A DNA stretch of 64,000 bases from Candidatus Latescibacterota bacterium (GTDB taxonomy: Bacteria > Latescibacterota > UBA2968 > GCA-2709665): assembly GCA_965208835.1 (NCBI GenBank), contig OZ242358.1, forward strand, positions 64,001-128,000, written 5' to 3'. Below the pieces are notes generated by a model that was not told where the DNA came from, searched no databases, and saw only the letters and a list, made by a program, of their open reading frames with translations. Both the position numbers and the translations under genes were made by a program. Shown here piece by piece: positions 9,457 to 20,709 of the stretch; within the stretch, counting starts at the first letter, position 1, and each line of letters opens with the position of its first letter.

Positions 9457-11439
9457 TTAGGATGCGGCAGGGAACCGGACGGTACGTCCGCGCCTGTGAC
9501 GTTCCCGCCGGTCGGGCAGGATGGCGATCACCGTCCCGAGCGTAAGAACCCATGCGCCTATCCACACCCACATTACGAGGGGATTGACGTAGATCCTGAA
9601 CATGGCGGCGCCGTCGAGGTCCGGGCCCTCATACAGGACATAGAGGTCTTCGCGCAGGCTGGAGCGCACGGCGACTTCGGTCGTTCGCTGCTGGTCCTTT
9701 CGTTTGTAGTAGACGTGCTGTTCCGGCCACATTGTACCCAGACGTTCGTCCCCCTGGTACACGCCCAGTTGGGTCTGTATTACGATGGTGAGCGGATTCC
9801 GGGTCTGGGACGAGCCTTCGTACACGAGTCGGTATTTGCCGAGGGTCGCGGATTCTCCATGCTTCAGTCCCGCTTCGATTTCCCGGTTGAAGGCGTTGCC
9901 GGTGAAGCCGAAGAAGAGGAGGACGACGCCGAAGTGGACGATGTATCCGCCGTAACGCCGGCGGTTTCGGACGGTGAGCGACCAGAGCGCTTTGAGATAC
10001 GGCTCCTTTGAACTGCTGCCCCGCGCCTTCGCGCCTCTGTGAAACTCGGATGCAATGGCGCCCGTCACGAAGCCGCAAAGCGTAAATGAGATCAGCGCGT
10101 ACAGTTCGCGCGCGCCAAGGGCGAATGCCGCGGCGCCGCAGACGAGACCGAAGATGCCCGGCCCGGCGAAGTGCTTTTTCAGGCTGCGCGCCGACGTCTT
10201 CCGCCAGGCCAGCAGCGGTCCGACGCCCGTCAACAGAAGAAGGAGCAGACCGATGGGCGTCATAACCGTGCTGAAAAAGGGAGGACCAACGGTGACTTTG
10301 GAGCCGGTGACGGCTTCGGATAGTACAGGGAACATCACGCCCCAGAACACCGCAAAAGCGGCGGTGAGGAAAAGCAGATTATTGAGGAGAAATCCGCCTT
10401 CCCGGGAGACCGGAGATTCGTATTCGTTTCTGCTCTCGAGCAACGCCCTCCTCCGCCACAGGATGCCCGCGGAGAAGACCACGATTACCGCCAGGAAATA
10501 GAGGAATACGTCGCCGATCGGCGACTGGGCGAATGCGTGCACGGAGGAAACCAGGCCGCTGCGGGTCAGGAAAGTGCCGTAGATGCACAGCGTAAAGGTG
10601 AGTATGATGAGCGCCATGTTCCAGACTTTGAGCATCCCTTTCTTTTCCTGGATCATGACCGAGTGCAGAAATGCGGTGCCCGTGAGCCAGGGAAGCAGAG
10701 CGGCGTTTTCAACCGGGTCCCAACCCCAGTACCCGCCCCATCCCAGGACCACGTAGGCCCAGTTCCCGCCCAGAAGCTGCCCGGTCCCCAGGAAAAACCA
10801 GGGCCAGATGGTCCAGCGCCGGGTGGTCCGGATCCACTCCTCGTCCACCTGCCTGCTCAGGAGCGCGGCCATTGCAAACGCATACGGCACGATGAATCCC
10901 ACGTAACCGAGATACAGCATGGGAGGGTGAATGGCCATGGCCGGATGGACGAGCAGCGGATTCATGCCCTGGCCGTCGGCCGCCGTAAAGCCGAGTTCGA
11001 GGAAAGGATTCTCGTAATACCCGATGAGGACGAGGAAGAAGACCTGGGTGAGCGACATCACGACGGTCGCGTAGGAGGCGAGCGGACCCCGGAAACCGCG
11101 GGTATTGCGCGTGGCGAAGAAGTTGAAACCGGCCAGAATAAAGGCCCAGAGCAGGAGCGAACCTTCCATGCCCGACCAGACCGCGGTGAACTTATAGGGC
11201 ATCGGCAGGTCGCGGCTGGAATGGCCGGCCACGTAGTGAAGGTCGAAGCGGTCGGTGAGAAAAAAGGACTCCAGCAGCCCGAAGGCCCCCAGAACCATCA
11301 GAAAAGTGGCGGCAACCGCGCGTTCCGTGCTGAGTGTGAGGTTCAGCCTGCCGGTCCGGCCGGCCAGAACGCCGGACACCGCCGCATAGAGGGACGTGAC
11401 AACCGAGAACCAGATGAGGAAGTTGCCGATTTCAGCCAT
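9457..11439 (-). CDS. ccmF: Heme lyase CcmF
   Basis: EGSLLLW, HPPMLYLGY, WGGYWGWDPVEN, SVHAFA. Confidence 0.95.
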   Translation of the reverse strand: MAEIGNFLIWFSVVTSLYAAVSGVLAGRTGRLNLTLSTERAVAATFLMVLGAFGLLESFFLTDRFDLHYVAGHSSRDLPMPYKFTAVWSGMEGSLLLWAFILAGFNFFATRNTRGFRGPLASYATVVMSLTQVFFLVLIGYYENPFLELGFTAADGQGMNPLLVHPAMAIHPPMLYLGYVGFIVPYAFAMAALLSRQVDEEWIRTTRRWTIWPWFFLGTGQLLGGNWAYVVLGWGGYWGWDPVENAALLPWLTGTAFLHSVMIQEKKGMLKVWNMALIILTFTLCIYGTFLTRSGLVSSVHAFAQSPIGDVFLYFLAVIVVFSAGILWRRRALLESRNEYESPVSREGGFLLNNLLFLTAAFAVFWGVMFPVLSEAVTGSKVTVGPPFFSTVMTPIGLLLLLLTGVGPLLAWRKTSARSLKKHFAGPGIFGLVCGAAAFALGARELYALISFTLCGFVTGAIASEFHRGAKARGSSSKEPYLKALWSLTVRNRRRYGGYIVHFGVVLLFFGFTGNAFNREIEAGLKHGESATLGKYRLVYEGSSQTRNPLTIVIQTQLGVYQGDERLGTMWPEQHVYYKRKDQQRTTEVAVRSSLREDLYVLYEGPDLDGAAMFRIYVNPLVMWVWIGAWVLTLGTVIAILPDRRERHRRGRTVRFPAAS

Positions 11440-11486
11440 TGTCGGAGCCGCGGGTCATCGGATAACCCGGCTTTCCTGGGTGGAGA

Positions 11487-11924
11487 TTACTTACTGTAGG
11501 ATTCCTTGATTTCTTCGTAGGACTGGCCCTCGTATTTCGAGGGGCACTTGGCCAACAGGGTTTCCGCGCGAAAGAGGCCGCTCGCGCCTACCTGGCCTTC
11601 CAGGACAACGTCGGCTTCATCCCTGAACGTGTCGGGCACAATGCCCGCATAGATCACGGGTCGCTTCGCCGAAAAGGCCTCGCCCTCAAGGGGCTCCCAG
11701 ATCTGGAACTCGACAATACGGTCCGGAAGTTTCCGTATCGTGCCGGGTGTGACCTTGCCCGCGAGCTTGATGCGTTTATTCACAAATTCGGTCTCTCGGG
11801 CTTGCAGTTCGGAAACGGTGAGGTAGTACATCGCCATTTTCTGCGAACTGGTAACGACCAGCAGAACAAGGCACGCGATAATGACCGCGAATCCCGAGAT
11901 GAACTTGACTTTTCGAACCGTCAT
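11487..11924 (-). CDS. ccmE: Heme chaperone CcmE, CxxxY variant
   Basis: N-terminal TM, YYLTVSE, VPDTF, LLAKCPSKY. Confidence 0.9.
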   Translation of the reverse strand: MTVRKVKFISGFAVIIACLVLLVVTSSQKMAMYYLTVSELQARETEFVNKRIKLAGKVTPGTIRKLPDRIVEFQIWEPLEGEAFSAKRPVIYAGIVPDTFRDEADVVLEGQVGASGLFRAETLLAKCPSKYEGQSYEEIKESYSK

Positions 11925-12235
11925 AATCGGAGTTCCAGGAAGGTAATTTGCTTCAGGAAACCCTCACGGCGCCGCACTTATATTGACGTCCGGTCCCGGG
12001 TTTTGCGCCGTTTCGGTACGCCGGCACAGTTTGTGGGAGCGAAGCGCGGCCGACAACGAAATATAAAGAAGAACGGCGCATTATCCACATGAAAAAGGCG
12101 TTTGCGCGGTTTATCGGCAACCGGGGCGATGGTCCGCGCGGTGACCGGCCGGTTCCACGCATTGGCATCCTGCGGTGAGACTTCGTCGAAAAGCGGGTAT
12201 GTGACAAGATCCAAACCAAGCTCGATGCGCCAACC

Positions 12236-12264
12236 GTAGGGGCAGGTTTGAAACCTGCCCCTAC
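12236..12264. repeat. GTAG-type REP palindrome (related copies at 16382-16406, 30508-30532, 60077-60100)
   Basis: GTAGGGGCAGGTTTGAAACCTGCCCCTAC; the others are GTAGGGGCG-initiated hairpins. Confidence 0.7.
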
Positions 12265-12460
12265 TCACCCATGGCCGCGACCGCCGTACGTTTCATCTCT
12301 TCATGTCCCGGTCAGTCCCCTTTTTGTGCGCCTTAATCGCAGTTAATCCTGCATATTGCTTATCAATCACGGTCCAAATGGCTTGACAGAAGCCGTTCTG
12401 GAACCATATTCGGGACCGTCCTGTACCGACGGGCATTTCCGGGAGCTTTTCATTCCTTTA

Positions 12461-12648
12461 GAAGCTGTTTTAAAATTCCCAGCGGTCTTCGCGCGGCTGC
12501 AAAAGCGCCGTTCAGCGTTGGTCAAACCCACCCAAGAGTGGCGAGGGGCGCGCAGCCACGATACATTGGATATGGGCGGGTTTTCCCGCCTTGACCGCCA
12601 CTTTTTCGCTCGCGCTCGGGAGCTCACCGGTAATTTTAAAACAGCTTC
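12461..12648 (-). mobile_element. MITE copy 3 (188 bp, reverse orientation)
   Basis: Perfect TIRs GAAGCTGTTTTAAAATT / AATTTTAAAACAGCTTC and perfect TTA target duplication. Confidence 0.9.
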
Positions 12649-12672
12649 TTAGATCGGATGAGGGAGGACGAC

Positions 12673-13503
12673 ATGGCTGTTCTGGACGCCGAGGCGCTGG
12701 ATTTCTGGGAGGAGAACGGATACGTTGTGGTGCCCGAGGCTGTGCCGCCGGAAAACTGCCGGGAGGCCGAGGCGGCCGTGTGGGCGTTTCTGGGTATGGA
12801 CGCCGAAGATGCTGAGACGTGGTACCCGGATCCGCCGAGGCCCGGAATTATGGTGGAGATGTACCAGAACCAGGCGCTGTGGAACAACCGCCAGCACCCC
12901 CGGGTGCACGGGGCATTTGCGGATGTCTGGGGGACCGAAAGGCTCTGGGTGAGTTTCGACAGGGCAAGTCTGAATCCCCCGGAGCGTCCTGGATTCAGTT
13001 TCAAGGGTCCCTATCTGCACTGGGATATTTCACTGGAGGACCCGTCGCGCTTCATGGTTCAGGGCGTGCTCTATCTGTCCGATACAGCTGCGAACCAGGG
13101 CGCGTTCACGTGCATCCCCGGCTTTCACAGGCGGATAGGGGCGTGGCTCGAGACGTTGTCCGACGATGACGACCCCAAACGACGGATGCAGGAGGAATTC
13201 GGTCATCAGGCGAAACCGATCGCCGGCAGGGAGGGCGATCTGGTCATCTGGCACAGCCTGTTGCCCCACGGAAGCAGTCCGAATTCGGCCGAACGGCCAC
13301 GGATCGTGCAATACATCACGATGAGTCCGGCGAAGGATGACGACGATTCGCTTCGGGAGAGCCGGATCGAGGGCTGGCGCGAACGCCTCACGGGATTGGG
13401 GAAGAACCAGAGGGAAAAGGAGCATTTGGAGGGTGGAACGGCGCGGTTGACTCCGCTCGGGCGAAAGCTGCTGGGCCTGGATCGCTGGCAGCACGGGCAA
13501 TGA
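12673..13503 (+). CDS. Phytanoyl-CoA dioxygenase (PhyH) family Fe/2OG dioxygenase
   Basis: FWEENGYVV, LHWD (HxD), VQG, GDLVIWHSLLPHG. Confidence 0.85.
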   Translation: MAVLDAEALDFWEENGYVVVPEAVPPENCREAEAAVWAFLGMDAEDAETWYPDPPRPGIMVEMYQNQALWNNRQHPRVHGAFADVWGTERLWVSFDRASLNPPERPGFSFKGPYLHWDISLEDPSRFMVQGVLYLSDTAANQGAFTCIPGFHRRIGAWLETLSDDDDPKRRMQEEFGHQAKPIAGREGDLVIWHSLLPHGSSPNSAERPRIVQYITMSPAKDDDDSLRESRIEGWRERLTGLGKNQREKEHLEGGTARLTPLGRKLLGLDRWQHGQ

Positions 13504-13568
13504 CCACCTAGCGAGACTGGACGAAACGGAGGACGAATAGTCACCAGTTTCCCGGATCGGAGCGATCC

Positions 13569-13769
13569 ATGTTTATTCGCCGCGACGACCGCGAATTCAG
13601 GCTGATTGCCAGGCATGACGGCGACTTCTGGCTTGTCGAGGTCTTTGAGATTGTGGACGGTGAGCAGCGCCTTCGTTTCGAGTACAAGCTGAACACGCCA
13701 CGGGATGAGACCACGGCGCGCGAACGCGCGTGGGAGCTCTTCTCTGCGCGGAATCTCGCGAAGGGCTGA
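13569..13769 (+). CDS. Small hypothetical protein (66 aa)
   Basis: GGAG RBS, protein-like composition, ends before shared terminator. Confidence 0.5.
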   Translation: MFIRRDDREFRLIARHDGDFWLVEVFEIVDGEQRLRFEYKLNTPRDETTARERAWELFSARNLAKG

Positions 13770-13807
13770 ACGATAACAAAAGCGCCATCGCAAAACCACG
13801 CACAAAC

Positions 13808-13848
13808 AAAAAAGCGGAGCCGATTCACATGTGAATCGGCTCCGCTTT
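13808..13848. terminator. Terminator downstream of dnaK
   Basis: 38-bp perfect palindrome AAAGCGGAGCCGATTCACATGTGAATCGGCTCCGCTTT with a U-tract on the minus strand. Confidence 0.8.
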
Positions 13849-13864
13849 GCTCTTTCGATTCTGA

Positions 13865-15787
13865 TCACTTCTTTTTGTCGTCATCCACCACTTCGTACTC
13901 CGCGTCCACCACGCCGTCATCCTGCTTCTGCTCGCCCGCGGCCTGCCCCGGCTCTCCCGGCGGAGCCCCGGGCTCCGGACCGGACTGCGAGGCCTGCGCA
14001 TACAGTTCGCTGGCCACCTGGTGCCACTGCTGGGTGAGCGCTTCGGTGGCGGATTTGATTTCGTCCGGGTTCTCGCCCTTGAGCGTTTCCTTTACCCGGT
14101 CCACCGCGGCCTGCACCTTGGCCTTGGCGTCTTCGCTGACTTTGTCGCCCATCTCTTCGAGCTGTTTTTCGGTCTGGTAGACCTGCTGGTCCGCCTGGTT
14201 GCGGGCTTCTATGCTCTCCCGCCGTTTCTTGTCGTCGGCGGCGTTTTCCTGGGCGTCGTTCACCATCCGGTCGATTTCCGCATCGGAAAGACCCGAGGAG
14301 GCCTCAATGCGAATGCTCTGTTCCTTGTTCGTGCCCATGTCTTTGGCGGACACGTTCATGATGCCGTTGGCGTCGATGTCGAAGCTGACCTCGATCTGAG
14401 GGGTGCCGCGGGGCGCGGGCGGGATGCCGTCCAGGTGGAACCGGCCGATCGTACGGTTGTCGACCGACATTTCCCGTTCGCCCTGGAGCACATGCACCTC
14501 AACCGATGGCTGGCTGTCGGCAGCGGTCGTGAATACCTGGGACTTCTTCGTGGGGATGGTTGTGTTGCGATCGATGAGCTTTGTCATCACGCCGCCCAGC
14601 GTCTCGATGCCGAGAGACAGCGGGGTCACATCCAGCAGCACCACGTCCTTGACGTCGCCGGACAGCACACCGGCCTGGATCGCGGCGCCTACCGCGACCA
14701 CTTCGTCCGGATTTACGCCCCGATTCGGGTCTTTGCCGAAGAGTTCCTTGACCGCCTCCTGGACCTTGGGAATGCGGGTGCTGCCGCCAACCAGAATGAC
14801 CTCGTTGATCTCCGATGGAGAAAGTCCCGCGTCCTTGATCGCCTGGATACACGGCCTCTTGGTGCGTTCGACCAGGTCTTCCACGAGTTGCTCGAACTTT
14901 GCCCTGGACAGGGTCAGGTTCATATGCTTGGGGCCGGACGCATCTGCCGTGACAAAGGGCAGGTTGACATCCGTCTGCAGGGAACTGGATAGCTCGCATT
15001 TGGCCTTTTCGGCCGCTTCCTTCAGCCGCTGAAGCGCCATCGGGTCGTTGCGCAGGTCGATGTTGTTCTCCCGCGCGAATTCATCCGCGAGCCAGTCGAT
15101 AATGCGCTGATCGAAGTCATCGCCGCCAAGGTGGGTGTCCCCATTGGTGGATTTGACCTCGAACACGCCATCGCCCAGTTCCAGGATGGAAATGTCGAAC
15201 GTTCCGCCGCCCAGGTCGTAGACGGCGATAATTTCGTCGGTTTTCTTGTCGAGGCCGTATGCCAGTGACGCGGCCGTGGGTTCGTTGACGATGCGCTTTA
15301 CTTCCAGGCCGGCGATCTTCCCCGCGTCCGTGGTGGCCTTCCGCTGTGCGTCGTTAAAATAGGCCGGAACCGTGATGACGGCATCCGTAACGGTCTCGCC
15401 GAGATACTCCTCGGCCGTCTGTTTCATTTTCTGAAGGACCATGGCCGAGATCTCGGGAGGCGTATACGTCTTGTCGCCCAGTCTTGCGGTTGCGAGCCCG
15501 TTACTCTCCCTCTGCACCTCGTACGGCACTTCTTCAATTTCACTGGGCACTTCCTCGTAACGCCTGCCCATAAAGCGCTTGATGGAGTAGACCGTATTCT
15601 GCGGGTTCGTCACGGCCTGTCTTTTTGCCACCTGACCGACGAGACGTTCGTCGTCCTTGGTGAAGGCGATAACCGACGGGGTGGTACGCCCGCCCTCGGT
15701 ATTGGGAATCACCACGGGATCGCCTCCTTCCATAACCGCCACGCAGGAGTTGGTCGTTCCCAGGTCGATTCCGATAACTTTGCCCAT
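13865..15787 (-). CDS. dnaK: Chaperone DnaK (Hsp70)
   Basis: [35 protein letters not shown]. Confidence 0.98.
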   Translation of the reverse strand: MGKVIGIDLGTTNSCVAVMEGGDPVVIPNTEGGRTTPSVIAFTKDDERLVGQVAKRQAVTNPQNTVYSIKRFMGRRYEEVPSEIEEVPYEVQRESNGLATARLGDKTYTPPEISAMVLQKMKQTAEEYLGETVTDAVITVPAYFNDAQRKATTDAGKIAGLEVKRIVNEPTAASLAYGLDKKTDEIIAVYDLGGGTFDISILELGDGVFEVKSTNGDTHLGGDDFDQRIIDWLADEFARENNIDLRNDPMALQRLKEAAEKAKCELSSSLQTDVNLPFVTADASGPKHMNLTLSRAKFEQLVEDLVERTKRPCIQAIKDAGLSPSEINEVILVGGSTRIPKVQEAVKELFGKDPNRGVNPDEVVAVGAAIQAGVLSGDVKDVVLLDVTPLSLGIETLGGVMTKLIDRNTTIPTKKSQVFTTAADSQPSVEVHVLQGEREMSVDNRTIGRFHLDGIPPAPRGTPQIEVSFDIDANGIMNVSAKDMGTNKEQSIRIEASSGLSDAEIDRMVNDAQENAADDKKRRESIEARNQADQQVYQTEKQLEEMGDKVSEDAKAKVQAAVDRVKETLKGENPDEIKSATEALTQQWHQVASELYAQASQSGPEPGAPPGEPGQAAGEQKQDDGVVDAEYEVVDDDKKK

Positions 15788-15822
15788 TGTCAGCGTTCCT
15801 TTCTATGTGATGCCGGCGTGAT

Positions 15823-16116
15823 TTATGCCGCTTTTTCCTTGCTTTTGGATTTGGCGCCGCTGCCGCTCTTGCCTTTCGAATCCTTTTTCTTGTCTTTAGG
15901 CGCGTCTTTTTTCGCTGCCTCCTTGTATCCTTCGCTCCTGTAGTCGGTAATGTAGAAGCCAGACCCCTTGAAGATCAGCCCCGCACCGGCGCCGATGAGC
16001 CGCTTCAGCTTGCGTTCGCCGCACTTCGGACACTTGCGAAGCGGCGGCGACGTAATGCTCTGAAAATGCTCGAATTCATGGCTGCACGCTTCGCAAGCGT
16101 AGTCATATGTTGGCAT
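15823..16116 (-). CDS. FmdB-family zinc ribbon protein
   Basis: MPTYDYAC..C...CPKCG, FKGSGFYITDY. Confidence 0.88.
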   Translation of the reverse strand: MPTYDYACEACSHEFEHFQSITSPPLRKCPKCGERKLKRLIGAGAGLIFKGSGFYITDYRSEGYKEAAKKDAPKDKKKDSKGKSGSGAKSKSKEKAA

Positions 16117-16174
16117 AAACCGCTTCCTTATTCTGAATACTTCGGAATGATGATGGGTCCGACGGTGCATTTAA

Positions 16175-16190
16175 AGCAACATGAGTACCA
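16175..16190 (-). promoter_or_regulatory. Putative sigma-54 promoter for fmdB-dnaK
   Basis: Minus strand TGGTAC-TCATG-TTGCT with exact GG-N10-GC spacing, ~60 bp upstream of the start. Confidence 0.55.
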
Positions 16191-16451
16191 AAGCGTTGAA
16201 AACATACTGAAATGTATGAAAAACAAGCAGATATCGAATCAGGCCTGTATCCTGGACCCACCCGCAATCTGTCTTTTCTGCATAAATCTGCCATTTTGGC
16301 ATACACAAGAAGGGATGGCTGCAAAGTATGCAGCCATCCTTGTGTCCGCCAAATCTATCAACGATGTCAGCGCCAATTCGTGGGCGACCACAAGGGTCGC
16401 CCCTACAAATCGAAATATGGCGCAGCAACCCGGCCACCCGGCCCCTCAGAA

Positions 16452-16647
16452 GCGGGTAGACGTAAGAGGTAAGAGGGGAGAGATTGCCTGCCTTGTGAGG
16501 TTTCTTCTCGTGCCGGAGGCAACGAGGAATAACATACCCGGCGATGATCTCATCTACCGTCTTGCGTCTACCGTCTACCCGCCTCTCTTCTACCGTCTAC
16601 CCTCTCACCTCTACCCGCCTCTCTTCTACCGTCTTACCTCTTCCCTC
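16452..16647 (-). repeat. Structured intergenic repeat family B, copy 1 (reverse)
   Basis: Core TTGCCT(T/C)CGGCACGAGAAGAA...ACAAGGCAGG flanked by heptamer runs (ACCGTCT-like). Confidence 0.8.
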
Positions 16648-17817
16648 TCATGCCTCTTCGGCGTGTACCGCCGCCACAACCGCTTCCGCCGCTTCTTTCA
16701 GCTCGCGGGCCACTGTAAATTTCAGATCCGAGTTCTCCAGAATCCGCGCGCCCTCCTCGGCGTTGGTCCCCTGCAGACGCACCACGATTGGCAGGTCTAC
16801 CGAGAAACTCTCCAGCGCCTGGACCACACCCTCGGCGACCCGGTCGCAACGCACGATTCCGCCGAAAATGTTGATGAGCACGGCCTTGACGCCGGCGTCC
16901 GAAAGGAGGATACGGAAGGCGTTTTCGACCCGTTCCACGTTGGCCCCGCCGCCCACGTCCAGAAAATTGGCGGGTGACGATCCCGCATATTTCACAATGT
17001 CCATGGTGGCCATGGCCAGACCGGCGCCGTTGACCATGCAGCCGACCTCGCCGTCGAGCTTGATGTAGTTGAGATCGAATCTGGAGGCATCCACTTCCAG
17101 AGGGTCTTCCTCGTCGGTGTCGCGGAGTTCCCGAATGTCTCCGTGGCGGAAAAGCGCGTTGTCGTCGAAGTTCATCTTGGCGTCCAGGGCCACCAGGTTG
17201 CCGTCCGCGGTGACAACCAGGGGGTTGATCTCTGCCAGGGAACAGTCGGTGCCGACGTAGGCGGCAAAGAGCCGTTCGATGAACCGCACACCCTGCTTGA
17301 ACGCATCGGATTCCAGGCCGAGGCCGAATGCCAGCCGGCGGGCCTGAAAGGGTTGAAGCCCGACCGCCGGGTCGACGGTTTCCCTCAGGATTTTATCAGG
17401 CGTCGCGGCAGCCACTTCCTCGATGTCCATGCCACCCTCACTGGAAGCCATGATGACCAGCCTGGACTGATCCCGGTCCAGCACCACGCCCAGGTAGAGT
17501 TCACGGGCGATATCGGTGGCGCTTTCTATCCACACCTGTTTGACGTTCTGCCCTTCAGGGCCTGTCTGAGGCGTGACCAGTTTCCTTCCGATCATGTCCC
17601 TGGCGTATCCATGCGCTTCGTCGGGGTTCTGAGCGATCTTGATTCCACCGCCCTTGCCCCGTCCGCCGGCGTGGATCTGTGCCTTGACGACAACGGCGCC
17701 GCCGAGTTCGGCTGCCGCGCTTCGGGCCTCGTCGGCCGTTGTGGCCAGACGTCCGTCGGGGACGGGTACGTCATACGACTTGAGGATTTCCTTGGCCTGA
17801 TATTCATGGATTTTCAT
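16648..17817 (-). CDS. sucC: Succinyl-CoA synthetase beta subunit
   Basis: [38 protein letters not shown]. Confidence 0.96.
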   Translation of the reverse strand: MKIHEYQAKEILKSYDVPVPDGRLATTADEARSAAAELGGAVVVKAQIHAGGRGKGGGIKIAQNPDEAHGYARDMIGRKLVTPQTGPEGQNVKQVWIESATDIARELYLGVVLDRDQSRLVIMASSEGGMDIEEVAAATPDKILRETVDPAVGLQPFQARRLAFGLGLESDAFKQGVRFIERLFAAYVGTDCSLAEINPLVVTADGNLVALDAKMNFDDNALFRHGDIRELRDTDEEDPLEVDASRFDLNYIKLDGEVGCMVNGAGLAMATMDIVKYAGSSPANFLDVGGGANVERVENAFRILLSDAGVKAVLINIFGGIVRCDRVAEGVVQALESFSVDLPIVVRLQGTNAEEGARILENSDLKFTVARELKEAAEAVVAAVHAEEA

Positions 17818-17861
17818 GGTGTCTCCTCTTGACGCTTCGCGTCGTGAACGCGGAGCGGGCT

Positions 17862-19436
17862 TTACTGTATCTCTCTCAGGTCCTCTCCCGTCATGGCTTC
17901 CGGTTTGCGAAGCCCCAGCACTCCCAGAAAGGTGGGCGCCACGTCGCAGAGCCGGCCGCTCTTCCGGAGCCTTCCGCGGAATGCCGGATCCACAAGAATC
18001 AACGGCACGGGATTGGCCGTATGGGCGGTGTGGGGTTCACGGGTCCTCTGGTGAATCATCTGTTCGGCGTTGCCGTGGTCCGCGGTGACAATGGCGGCGC
18101 CGCCGACTTCGGCGGTGGCTGTCAAAATCCGCCCCAGATACCGGTCTACGGTCTCCACGGCATTGACAGCCGCTTCCAGAACACCGGTGTGGCCGACCAT
18201 ATCGGGGTTTGCGAAATTACAGATCGCGGCGTCAAAGCGCCGTGACCGGATCGCGTCGACGAATTTTCGAGTGACGTCCCGCGCGCTCATTTCGGGCTTG
18301 TGGTCGTACGTCGGCACGTCCCTGGGAGAAGGGACGAGGATGCGGGTTTCGCCTTCGAAGGGTTCCTCCCGCTGGCCATTGAAGAAATAGGTGACGTGCG
18401 CGTATTTCTCGGTTTCCGCGATGCGCAACTGCCGGAGCCCGGCATCGCTCAACGTCTTCCCGCACACGTCCGGCATATCCTGGGCCAGGTCTTCGGGCGA
18501 AAACGCGATTCCGTCCACGGGCAGGCCGGCTTCGTAACGCGTGAGGCAGGTATAGTGTACGCCGGGATCGGCGGTCCGTTTGAACCCGTCGAAATCCGGC
18601 TGCACGAAGGCGCGTGTGATCTGACGTCCCCGGTCGCCACGGAAATTGAAGCAGATCACGGAGTCGCCGTCTCCGACTGTCGCCGGAGGTCCCTCGCTGG
18701 TGCCGGCGATGACGATCGGCTTGACGAACTCGTCGGTCTCGTTTCGATTGTACGCGTCCTGAAGCGCCTGGAGCGGGTCACCCGCGTGCATCCCCCGGCC
18801 GAGCGTCATGGCATCGAAAGCCACGTGGACGCGGCCCCAGCGCCGGTCCCGGTCCATGGCGAAGTAGCGGCCGCAAACCGTGGCGATTCTGCCCACACCG
18901 GCCGCCTCGCACATTTCCCGGAAGGCGGCCAGAAGACGGAGACCGCTTGTGGGCGGCGTGTCACGCCCGTCGAGCCACGCGTGTACGCAGACCTGGTCGG
19001 GATTCAACCGGCGGCCGGCGGCCATTTTCAGCAGCGCGTTGTAGTGGTTGGGCCAGGAATGCACCCCGCCGTCGGACACCAGTCCGATCAGATGGAGGCG
19101 GTGATCGGTGCCGGCAACCCGGTCCATCGACGCGAGCAACGCTTCGTTTCGCGAAAAGCCGCCGTCCTTCACCCTGTCGTCGATACGGGTGACGGCCTGC
19201 ATTACGATACGTCCCGCGCCCAGGTTGAGATGCCCGACTTCGGAATTGCCGATCAATCCATCGGGCAGGCCGACGCTTCGTCCGCAGGTCCGGAGCGTCG
19301 TGGACGGGTGCGCCGCGCCAATACGGTCCATCGTGGGCGTATCCGCCAGCGCGACCGCGTTGTGGTCCACGCTTGGAGAAAGGCCCCATCCGTCGAGGAT
19401 GATCAGGGCGGTAAAACGTCGTTCTGGAGTGGACAT
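17862..19436 (-). CDS. gpmI: 2,3-bisphosphoglycerate-independent phosphoglycerate mutase
   Basis: [37 protein letters not shown]. Confidence 0.96.
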   Translation of the reverse strand: MSTPERRFTALIILDGWGLSPSVDHNAVALADTPTMDRIGAAHPSTTLRTCGRSVGLPDGLIGNSEVGHLNLGAGRIVMQAVTRIDDRVKDGGFSRNEALLASMDRVAGTDHRLHLIGLVSDGGVHSWPNHYNALLKMAAGRRLNPDQVCVHAWLDGRDTPPTSGLRLLAAFREMCEAAGVGRIATVCGRYFAMDRDRRWGRVHVAFDAMTLGRGMHAGDPLQALQDAYNRNETDEFVKPIVIAGTSEGPPATVGDGDSVICFNFRGDRGRQITRAFVQPDFDGFKRTADPGVHYTCLTRYEAGLPVDGIAFSPEDLAQDMPDVCGKTLSDAGLRQLRIAETEKYAHVTYFFNGQREEPFEGETRILVPSPRDVPTYDHKPEMSARDVTRKFVDAIRSRRFDAAICNFANPDMVGHTGVLEAAVNAVETVDRYLGRILTATAEVGGAAIVTADHGNAEQMIHQRTREPHTAHTANPVPLILVDPAFRGRLRKSGRLCDVAPTFLGVLGLRKPEAMTGEDLREIQ

Positions 19437-19503
19437 TACGGAGTCGGAAAATACGTTTTTGGCCTGTGAAAGGCAAGCCGAAACGGGAATGAAACGGGCC
19501 CGT

Positions 19504-20382
19504 TCAGGAAAGGTTCGGGGGAATGGTTTTCCTGAGAATGCGGTGGAAGGACCTTACGATAGGACGGGCGAAGGTCGTGCTGCGGCCTACGAGCGCGATC
19601 GGCCGGGAAAGCCCGGGTTCGGGGAAACGAATCAGACCCGGGTCGGGAATGCCCAGCGCCCTGGCGATGCCCAGCGGCACCAGCCCGTGGCCGAAGCCGC
19701 ACCGGGCCATCTGCGCGATGCCCGCAAACGATTGCAGGGTCTGTTCGGTCTCGATGCGGATGTTCCATTTGACCGAGAGCGCCCTGATGCGCGGTTCCAG
19801 GTGAACCCAGGTCGCGGCATGGGGTTCGATGGTGATTACGGGAAGCGTTGTATCGCGGCGAAGTTTAAAAGGCTCCAGTCCCGAGGGAACCAGGACCATG
19901 GGCTCGTCCACGAGAGGCTCCGACTTGACATCCGCGCTGTATTCCCCCCGGTCGGCGCACAGCGCGAGCATGTATTCCCCCGAGCGAACGTGGTCGATGG
20001 CAACGGGGCTTCTGTGGGCGTTGATGACGAGTTCCAGCTGCGGGACGGCCTGCGCGACGCCGGCCAGAACGCGTGAACCCCAGGAGGAGAGTATGGACTC
20101 GGAGATGCCGATCACAAGGCGGCTGGCCTGAACGGGGGACTCGTCCGCAACTGCTTCCTTCAGGGCGGCCATGAACGGCGCCGTCTTTTCCAGCAACTGG
20201 ATGCCCGCGGCCGTGAGCCGGACGCGCCTGCCAACGGGTTCGATGAGTTTCCGCCCGAGCGCGCTTTCGAGTGCGTCGATGCGTTTGCTGACGGCCGACT
20301 GCGAGATGCGCAGCCGGGTGCCCGCCTTTGTCATGGTGCCGGCTTCGGAAAGCGCGGCCAGGGTTTCGATGTTCTCGATCAT
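19504..20382 (-). CDS. LysR family transcriptional regulator, divergent from acnA
   Basis: N-terminal HTH with ISQSAVSKRI..LE..LG; ~290 aa. Confidence 0.88.
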   Translation of the reverse strand: MIENIETLAALSEAGTMTKAGTRLRISQSAVSKRIDALESALGRKLIEPVGRRVRLTAAGIQLLEKTAPFMAALKEAVADESPVQASRLVIGISESILSSWGSRVLAGVAQAVPQLELVINAHRSPVAIDHVRSGEYMLALCADRGEYSADVKSEPLVDEPMVLVPSGLEPFKLRRDTTLPVITIEPHAATWVHLEPRIRALSVKWNIRIETEQTLQSFAGIAQMARCGFGHGLVPLGIARALGIPDPGLIRFPEPGLSRPIALVGRSTTFARPIVRSFHRILRKTIPPNLS

Positions 20383-20464
20383 ATGTCAACGTCCACGGTA
20401 TGGGGTTCCTGTCATTCGCCCGCCCCGCCAGGCAGCACACCCGCTTTCTATCCAGCTCCAACCT

Positions 20465-20481
20465 ATTCCTTTTGGGAATAT
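20465..20481. promoter_or_regulatory. Candidate LysR binding palindrome
   Basis: TATTCC-TTTTG-GGAATA containing T-N11-A in the AT-rich divergent intergenic region. Confidence 0.4.
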
Positions 20482-20709
20482 AATCTATAACAATGATTCG
20501 CTTTTGTATGGTATTGAATTTAGCTAAATTCGATACGCATGTAAAGTGGGAACCCGTTAATTTCAGAAGCCGATGATTCCTTCCGCCGACAACTCCGACA
20601 GCCTCATCCACCGGTTCAATTCCCACTTGCGGACTTAAGGACATATAATATATTATTTAAGTATCCCTTTGACTCTGGGAGATGGGATACGGGAGAAGGC
20701 AGAAGAAAT

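Noticed and set aside
16182-16191. CIRCE half-site (TTGGTACTC) upstream of the dnaK operon
   Set aside because: No matching second arm at 9-nt spacing; the site fits a sigma-54 motif better.
16540-16647. Short tandem repeats here and at 58265-58325 as a CRISPR array
   Set aside because: Degenerate 7-9 nt units with no unique spacers and no cas genes.
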